Assembly: GCF_009914755.1 (NCBI RefSeq)
Contig: NC_060933.1
Strand: one strand, 5' to 3'
Source: the human T2T-CHM13v2.0 reference genome, Homo sapiens
DNA: 64,000 nt
Below, piece after piece: positions 55,901 to 64,000 of the stretch; the stretch's first letter is position 1; each line of letters starts with the position of its first letter. The notes beneath the pieces were generated by a model. The model ran no database searches. It was not told the DNA's origin and saw only the letters and a list, made by a program, of their open reading frames with translations. A program made the translations under genes and the position numbers.

Positions 55901-58900
55901 CCATTACATTCGGATTGATTCTATTCAACTCCCTTACTCTCCATTACATTCCATTCCATTCGGGTTGTTCCATTCCATTCCATTCCATTCGACTCCATTC
56001 CATTGCACTCGGGTTGATTCCATTACATTCCATTCCATTCCGGAAGATTCCATTCCATTGCATTCCATTACATTCCATTCCCCTGCACTCGCGTTGATTC
56101 CATTCCTTTCCATTCCATTCCATTCCATTCCATTCCATTCCGTTCCGTTCCATTCCATTCCATTCCATTCCATTCCATTCCATTCCGTTCCGTTCCATTC
56201 CATTCCATTCCATTCCATTCCATTCCATTCCTTTCCATTCCATTACGGATGATTCCATTCCATTGCATTCCATTCCATTCCATTCCCCTGTACTCGGGTT
56301 GATTCCATTCGATTGCATTCCAATCCATGCCCTTCCACTCGTGTTGATTCCATTCTTTCCATTCCATTCAAGTTGTATCCATTCCATTGCATTCTATTCC
56401 ATTCGATTCCATTCGATTGCACTCGGGTTGATTCCATTCCATTGCATTCCATTCCATTCCATTCCATTCCATTCCATTCCGTTCCTTTCCATTCTATTAC
56501 ATTCGGATTGATTCTATTCAATTCCCTTACACTCCATTAAGTTCCATTCCATTCGGGTAGTTTCCATTCCATTCCATTCCATTCCTCTCCATTCCATTGC
56601 ACTCGGGTTGATTCCATTCCATTGCATTCCATTCCATTCCATTCAATTCCATTCCGTTCCACTCCATTCCATTACATTCGGATTGATTCTATTCAACTCC
56701 CTTAGTCCCCATTACATTTCATTCCATTCGGGTTGTTCCATTCCATTCCATTCCATTCCACTCCATTCCATTGCACTCGGGTTTATTCCATTCCATTCTA
56801 TTCCATTCCATTCCATTCCATTCCATTCCGGAAGATTCCATTCCATTGCATTCCATTCCATTCCATTCCCCTGCACTCGCGTTGATTCCATTCCATTCCA
56901 TTCGATTCCATTCCATTCCTTTCGTTTCCGTTCCATTGCATTCCATTCCATTCCATTCCATTCCATTCCGTTCCGTTCCGTTCCGTTCCATTCCATTCCA
57001 TTCCATTCTATTCGGGTTAATTCCATTCCATTCCATTCGATTGCAATCGAGTCGATTCCATTCCATTCCATTCCATTCCATTCCATTCCATTCCTTTCCA
57101 TTCCATTACGGATGATTCCATTCCATTGCATTCCATTCCATTCCATTCCCCTGTACTCGGGTTGATTCCATTCCATTCCATTCCAATGCATGCCATTCCA
57201 CTCGTGTTGATTCCATTCTTTCCATTCCATTCAAGTTGAATCCATTCCATTGCATTCCATTCCATTCCATTCCCCTGCAGTCGGGTTGATTCCATTCCAT
57301 TCCATTCCATTCCATTCCATTCCGTTCCGTTCCATTCCATTCCATTCCTTTCTATTCGGGTTAATTCCATTCCATTCCATTCCATTCCATTCCATTCCAT
57401 TCCAATCAAGTTGATTCCATTCCATTCCATTCCATTCCATTCCATTCCATTCCACTCCATTCCAGTCCTTTCCATTCCATTCCACTCGGGTTGATTCCAA
57501 TGTATTCCTTTCCATTCCATTCCATTCCATTGCAATCGAGTTGATTCCATTGCTTTGCATTCCATTCCATTCCATTCCATTCCGGATGATTCCATTCCAT
57601 TGCATTGCATTCCATTCCATTCCCCTGCACTCGGGTTGATACCATTCCATTCCACTCCATTCCGTTCCATTCCATTCCATTCCATTGTATTCGGGTTAAT
57701 TCCATTCCATTCCATTCCATTCCATTCCATTCCATTCCATTCCATTCCATTACAATCGAGTTTATTCCATTCCATTCCATTCCATTCCAGTCCTTTCCAT
57801 TCCATTCCACTCGGGTTGATTCCATTCTATTAGTTTCCATTCCATTCCATTCCCTTCCATTCCACTCTGGTTGATTCCATTCCTTTCCATTCCACTCGAA
57901 TACATTCCCTCCTATTCCACTCGGAACGATTCCATTCCATTCCATTCCATTCCATTCCAATCCATTCCATTCCATTTCGTTCCATTCCATTCCATTCCGT
58001 ATCATTCCATTCCATTCCATTCCATTCCATTCCATTCCATTCCATTGTACTCGGGTTGATTCCATTCCATTTCATTCCATTCCATTCCATTCCATTCCAT
58101 TCCATTCCGTTGCATTCCATTCCATTACATTCGGATTGATTCTATTCAACTCCCTTACTCTCCATTACATTCCATTCCATTCGGGTTGTTCCATTCCATT
58201 CCATTCCATTCCACTCCATTCCATTGCACTCGGGTTGATTCCATTCCTTTCCATTCCATTCCTTTCCATTCCGGATGATTACTTTCCATTGCATTCCGTT
58301 CCATTACATTCCCCTGCACTCGCGTTGATTCCATTCCATTCCATTCCATTCCATTCCATTCCATTCGATTACAATTCGTTCCATTCTATTCTATTCCGTA
58401 CCATTCCATTCCATTCCATGCCATTCCATTCCATTCCACTCCATTCCATTCCGTTCCATTCCGTTCCATTCCATTCCATTCCATTCTATTCGGATTAATT
58501 CCATTCCATTCCATTCCATTCCATTCCATTCTATTCCACTCCATTGCAATCGAGTTGAATCCATTGCATTTCATTCCATTCCATTCCATTCCATTCCATT
58601 CCATTCCATTCCATTCCGGAAGTTTCCATTCCATTGCATTCCATTCCATTCCATTCCCCTGCACTCGCGTTGATTCCATTCCATTCCATTCCATTCCATT
58701 CCATTCCGTTCCCTTCCATTCCATTCCATTCCATTCCGTTCCGTTCCATTCCATTCCATTCCATTCTATTCGGGTTAATTCCATTCCATTCCATTCGATT
58801 GCAATCGAGTTGATTCCATTCCATTCCATTCCATTCCATTCCATTCCATTCCATTCCTTTCCATTCCATTACGGATGATTCCATTCCATTGCATTCCATT

Positions 58901-59265
58901 CCATTCCATTCCCCTGTACTCGGGTTGATTCCATTCCATTCCATTCCAATCCATGCCATTCCACTCGTGTTGATTCCATTCTTTCCATTCCATTCAAGTT
59001 GAATCCATTCCATTACATTCCATTCAATTTGATTCCATTCGATTGCACTCGGGTTGATTCCATTCCATTGCATTCCATTCCATTCAATTCCATTCCATTC
59101 CATTCCATTCCAATCCATTCCATTCCTTTCCATTCCATTACATTACATTCGGATTGATTGTATTCAATTCCCTTACAGTGCATTACATTCCATTCCATTC
59201 GGGTAGTTTCCATTCCATTCCATTCCATTCCTCTCCATTCCATTGCACTCGGGTTGATTCCATTC

Positions 59266-59415
59266 CATTGCATTCCATTCCATTCCTTTCAATTCCATTC
59301 CGTTCCATTCAATTCCATTACATTCGGATTGATTCTATTCCATTGCATTCCATTCCATTCCTTTCAATTCCATTCCGTTCCATTCAATTCCATTACATTC
59401 GGATTGATTCTATTC
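59266..59415. repeat. 75-bp perfect tandem duplication
   Basis: CATTGCATTCCATTCCATTCCTTTCAATT...CGGATTGATTCTATTC starts at 59266 and 59341. Confidence 0.85.
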
Positions 59416-59950
59416 AACTCCCTTACTCTCCATTCCATTCCATTCCATTCAGGTTGTTCCATTCCATTCCATTCCATTCCACTCCATTCCATTGCACTCG
59501 GGTTGATTCCATTCCATTCCATTCCATTCCATTCCATTGCATTACATTTGAGTTGATTCCATTCCATTCCATTCCAATCCATTCCAGTCCTTTCCATTCC
59601 ATTCCACTCGGGTTGATTCCATTCTATTAGTTTCCATTCCATTCCATTGCCTTCCATTCCACTCTGGTTGATTCCATTCCTTTCCATTCCACTCGAATAC
59701 ATTCCCTCCTATTCCACTCGGAACGATTCCATTCTATTCCATTCCATTCCATTCCATTCCATTCCATTCCATTTCTTTCCATTCCATTCTATTCCGTATC
59801 ATTCCATTCCATTCCATTCCATTCCATTCCATTCCATTCCATTCCATTCCATTGTACTCGGGTTGATTCCATTCCATTGCATTCCATTCCATTCCATTCC
59901 ATTCCATTCCATTCCATTCCATTCCATTCCATTCCGTTCCATTCCATTAC

Positions 59951-61980
59951 ATTCGGATTGATTCTTTTCAACTTCCTTACTCTCCATTACATTCCATTCC
60001 ATTCGGATTGTTCCATTCCATTCCATTCCATTCCACTCCATTCCATTGCACTCGTGTTGATTCCATTCCATTCCATTGCATTCCATTCCGGATGATTCCA
60101 TTCCATTGCATTCCGTTCCATTACATTCCCCTGCACTCGGGTTGATTCCATTCCATTCCATTCCATTCCATTCCATTCCATTCCATTCCATTCCATTCCA
60201 TTCCCCTGCACTCGCGTTGATTCCATTCCATTCCATTCCATTCCATTCCATTCCATTCCATTCCTTTCCATTCCAGTCCTTTCCATTCCATTCCACTCGG
60301 GTTGATTCCATTCTATTAGTTTCCATTCCATTCCATTCCCTTCCATTCCACTCTGGTTGATTCCATTCCTTTCCATTCCACTGGAATACATTCCCTCCTA
60401 TTCCACTCGGAACGATTCCATTCCATTCCATTCCATTCCATTCCATTCCATTCCATTCCATTCCATTTCGTTCCATTCCATTCTATTCCGTATCATTCCA
60501 TTCCATTCCATTCCACTCGTGTTGATTTCATTCCTTTCCATTCCATTCGGTTTGAAGGCATTCCATTCCATTCCATTCCATTCCATTCCAGTCCATTCCA
60601 TTCCATTGTACTCGGGTTGATTCCATTCCATTGCATTCCATTCCATTCCATTCCATTCCATTCCGTTGCATTCCATTCCATTTCATTCGGATTGATTCTA
60701 TTCAACTCCCTTACTCTCCATTACATTCCATTCCATTCGGGTTGTTCCATTCCATTCCGTTCCATTCCACTCCATTCCATTGCACTCGGATTGATTCCAT
60801 TCCATTCCATTCCATTCCATTCCATTCCATTCCATTCCATTCCATTCCATTCCGGATGATTCCATTCCATTGCATTCCGTTCCATTACATTCCCCTGCAC
60901 TCGGGTTGATTCCATTCCATTCCATTCCATTCCATTCGATTCCATTCCATTCCATTCCATTCCATTCCATTCCATTCCATTGCATTCGGATTGATTCTTT
61001 TCAACTTCCTTACTCTCCATTACATTCCATTCCATTCGGATTGTTCCATTCCATTCCATTCCATTCCACTCCATTCCATTGCACTCGGGTTGATTCCATT
61101 CCATTCCATTGCATTCCATTCCGGATGATTCCATTCCATTGCATTCCGTTCCATTACATTCCCCTGCACTCGGGTTGATTCCATTCCATTCCATTCCATT
61201 CCATTCCATTCCATTCCATTCCATTCCATTCCATTCCCCTGCACTCGCGTTGATTCCATTCCATTCCATTCCATTCCATTCCATTCCATTCCATTCCTTT
61301 CCATTCCAGTCCTTTCCATTCCATTCCACTCGGGTTGATTCCATTCTATTAGTTTCCATTCCATTCCATTCCCTTCCATTCCACTCTGGTTGATTCCATT
61401 CCTTTCCATTCCACTGGAATACATTCCCTCCTATTCCACTCGGAACGATTCCATTCCATTCCATTCCATTCCATTCCATTCCATTCCATTCCATTCCATT
61501 TCGTTCCATTCCATTCTATTCCGTATCATTCCATTCCATTCCATTCCACTCGTGTTGATTTCATTCCTTTCCATTCCATTCGGTTTGAAGGCATTCCATT
61601 CCATTCCATTCCATTCCATTCCAGTCCATTCCATTCCATTGTACTCGGGTTGATTCCATTCCATTGCATTCCATTCCATTCCATTCCATTCCATTCCGTT
61701 GCATTCCATTCCATTTCATTCGGATTGATTCTATTCAACTCCCTTACTCTCCATTACATTCCATTCCATTCGGGTTGTTCCATTCCATTCCGTTCCATTC
61801 CACTCCATTCCATTGCACTCGGATTGATTCCATTCCATTCCATTCCATTCCATTCCATTCCATTCCATTCCATTCCATTCCGGATGATTCCATTCCATTG
61901 CATTCCGTTCCATTACATTCCCCTGCACTCGGGTTGATTCCATTCCATTCCATTCCATTCCATTCGATTCCATTCCATTC
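59951..61980. repeat. Near-identical 1033-bp tandem duplication (diverged third copy at ~62415-63070)
   Basis: ATTCTTTTCAACTTCC at 59961/60994 and CTGGAATACA at 60381/61414. Identical pseudo-ORFs start at 60076/61109 and 60357/61390. Confidence 0.92.
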
Positions 61981-64000
61981 CAATTCTTTCCATTCCATTC
62001 TATTCCGTACCATTCCATTCCATTGCATACAATTCCATTCCATTCCATTCCACTCCGTTCCGTTCCGTTCCGTTCCATTCCGTTCCATTCCATTCCATTC
62101 CATTCTATTCGGTTTAATTCCATTCCATTCCATTCCATTCCATTCCATTCCATTCCATTCCATTCTATTACATTCCATTGCAATCGATTTGAATCCATTG
62201 CATTCCATTCCATTCCATTCCATTCCATTCCGGAAGATTCCATTCCATTGCATTCCATTCCATTCCATTCCATTCCATTCCATTCCATTCCATTCCATTC
62301 CATTCCATTGCATTCCATTGTACTCGGGTTGATTCCATTCCATTGCATTCCATTCCATTCCATTCCATTCCATTCCATTCCATTCCATTCCGTTCCACTC
62401 CATTCCGTTACATTCGGATTGATTCTTTTCAACTCCCTTACTCTCCATTACATTCCATTCCATTCGGGTTGTTCCATTCCATTCCATTCCATTCCACTCC
62501 ATTCCATTGCACTCGGGTTGATTCCATTCCATTCCATTCCATTCCATTCCGGATGATTCCATTCCATTGCATTCCTTTCCATTACATTCCCCTGCACTCG
62601 GGTTGATTCCATTCCATTCCATTCCATTCCATTCGATTCGATTCCATTCCCCTGCACTCGCGTTGATTCCATTCCATTCCATTCCATTCCATTCCATTCC
62701 ATTCCATTCCTTTCCATTCCAGTCTTTTCCATTCCATTCCACTCGGGTTGATTCCATTCTATTAGTTTCCATTCCATTCCATTCCCTTCCATTCCACTCT
62801 GGTTGATTCCATTCCTTTCCATTCCACTCGAATACATTCCCTCCTAATCCACTCGGAACGATTCCATTCCATTCCATTCCATTCCATTCCATTCCATTTC
62901 GTTCCATTCCATTCTATTCCATATCATTCCATTCCATTCCATTCCATTCCATTCCATTCCATTCCATTCCACTCGTGTTGATTCCATTCCTTTCCATTCC
63001 ATTCGGTTTGAAGGCATTCCATTCCATTCCATTCCATTCCATTCCATTCCATTGTACTCGGGTTGATTCCATTCCATTGCATTGCCTTCCATTCCATTCT
63101 ATTCCATTCTGTTCCATTCCATTCCATTCCGTTCCATTCCATTCCATTACATTCGGATTTATTCTATTCAATTCCCTTACACTCCATTACATTCCATTCC
63201 ATTCGGGTAGTTTCCATTCCATTCCATTAAATTCCTCTCCATTCCATTGCACTCGGGTTGATTCCATTACATTGCATTCCATTCCATTCCATTCAATTCC
63301 ATTCCGTTCCATTCCATTCCATTCCATTCGGATTGATTCTATTCAACTCCCTTACTCTCCATTACATTCAATTCCTTTCGGGTTGTTCCATTCCATTCCA
63401 TTCCATTCCACTCCATTCCATTGCACTCGGGTTGATTCCATTCCATTCCATTCCATTCCATTCCGGAAGATTCCATTCCATTGCATTCCATTCCATTCCA
63501 TTCCCCTGCACTCGCGTTGATCCCATTCCATTCCATTCCATTCCATTCCATTCCATTCCTTTCCTTTCCATTCCATTCCATTCCATTCCATTCCATTCCA
63601 TTCCAATCCACTGCATTCCGTTCCGTTCCGTTCCATTCAATTCCATTCCATTCTATTCGGGTTAATTCCATTCCATTCCATTCGATTGCAATCGAGTTGA
63701 TTCCATTCCATTCTATTCCATTCCATTCCATTCCTTTCCATTCCAGTACGGATGATTCCATTCCATTGCATTCCATTCCATTCCATTCCCCTGTACTCGG
63801 GTTGATTCCATTCCATTCCATTCCAATCCATGCCATTCCACTCGTGTTGATTCCATTCTTTCCATTCCATTCAAGTTGAATCCATTCCATTGCATTCCAT
63901 TCCATTCCATTACCCTGCAGTCGGGTTGATTCCATTCCATTCCATTACATTACATTACATTCCATTGCATTCCGTTCCGTTCCATTCCATTCCATTCCAT

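Larger units (their letters stand above)
1..64000. repeat. Human Satellite III (HSat3) array, (CATTC)n/(GGAAT)n, single orientation
   Basis: CATTC pentamers dominate every line. They are interspersed with ACTCGGGTTG (reverse complement CAACCCGAGT), the classical SatIII interruption. No non-satellite sequence and no strand switch was seen. Confidence 0.98.
1..64000 (-). ncRNA. Potential template for stress-induced G-rich SatIII lncRNA (boundaries undefinable)
   Basis: It is established that 9q12 SatIII is transcribed mainly as G-rich (GGAAU) RNA under HSF1 control and nucleates nuclear stress bodies. The G-rich strand here is the - strand. Transcription of this particular window cannot be shown from sequence. 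Confidence 0.35.

Noticed and set aside
22-63940. Hundreds of six-frame ORFs (poly-MEWNG, poly-IPFHS), up to 387 aa
   Set aside because: Neither strand of the pentamer contains a stop codon. The ORFs overlap in all frames, have no domain content and end at random variants.
1-64000. CRISPR-like repeat/spacer appearance of conserved motifs separated by variable stretches
   Set aside because: The intervening sequence is CATTC repeat rather than unique spacers. There are no cas genes, and the context is eukaryotic satellite.
1-64000. Assignment to HSat2, DYZ1 (Yq) or D15Z1
   Set aside because: It lacks the dense CATTCGATTC/GATGAT pattern of HSat2 and shows no regular ~3.6-kb or ~1.8-kb period. 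The modules match the chromosome 9-type clone instead (by recall).
1-64000. Embedded transposon (Alu/L1), poly-A tail, inversion breakpoint or alpha-satellite/CENP-B box
   Set aside because: No stretch departs from the pentamer framework, and no GGAAT-oriented block occurs on the + strand.
1-64000. EWS-FLI1 GGAA microsatellite or G-quadruplex potential on the - strand
   Set aside because: The repeat is GGAAT, not tandem GGAA, and there are no clustered G3 tracts. Non-canonical G-A pairing of (GGAAT)n is known but generic to all HSat3.

Overview
The whole 64 kb is one uninterrupted, single-orientation array of human-type Satellite III (HSat3): (CATTC)n on the + strand, (GGAAT)n on the - strand. 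The pentamer runs are punctuated by a small vocabulary of CpG-containing variant motifs (GCACTCGGGTTGATT, GCAATCGAGTTGATT, CTATTCGGGTTAATT, CCGGA[T/A]GATT, CCCCTGCACTCGCGTTGATT). A recurring ~150-bp module matches my recollection of the chromosome 9 SatIII clone pHuR98, so 9q12 heterochromatin is the most likely origin (not database-verified). I found no genes, structural RNA genes, transposons, CRISPR arrays or strand inversions. All listed ORFs are artefacts of stop-free pentamer repeats (poly-MEWNG / poly-IPFHS), and I see no novel protein-coding system. The real structure is: (1) about 45 perfect three-unit heat-shock elements (nTTCn-nGAAn-nTTCn) embedded in the array; (2) about 25 copies of a perfect 14-bp palindrome; (3) an A/B module pair with invariant 175-bp spacing inside a ~860-bp core unit; (4) a mosaic of local higher-order duplications (~2.7, ~2.8/3.3, ~4.3 and ~1.03 kb) plus dispersed paralogous blocks, rather than one global higher-order repeat. 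Coordinates and counts were read by eye, and block boundaries are approximate.
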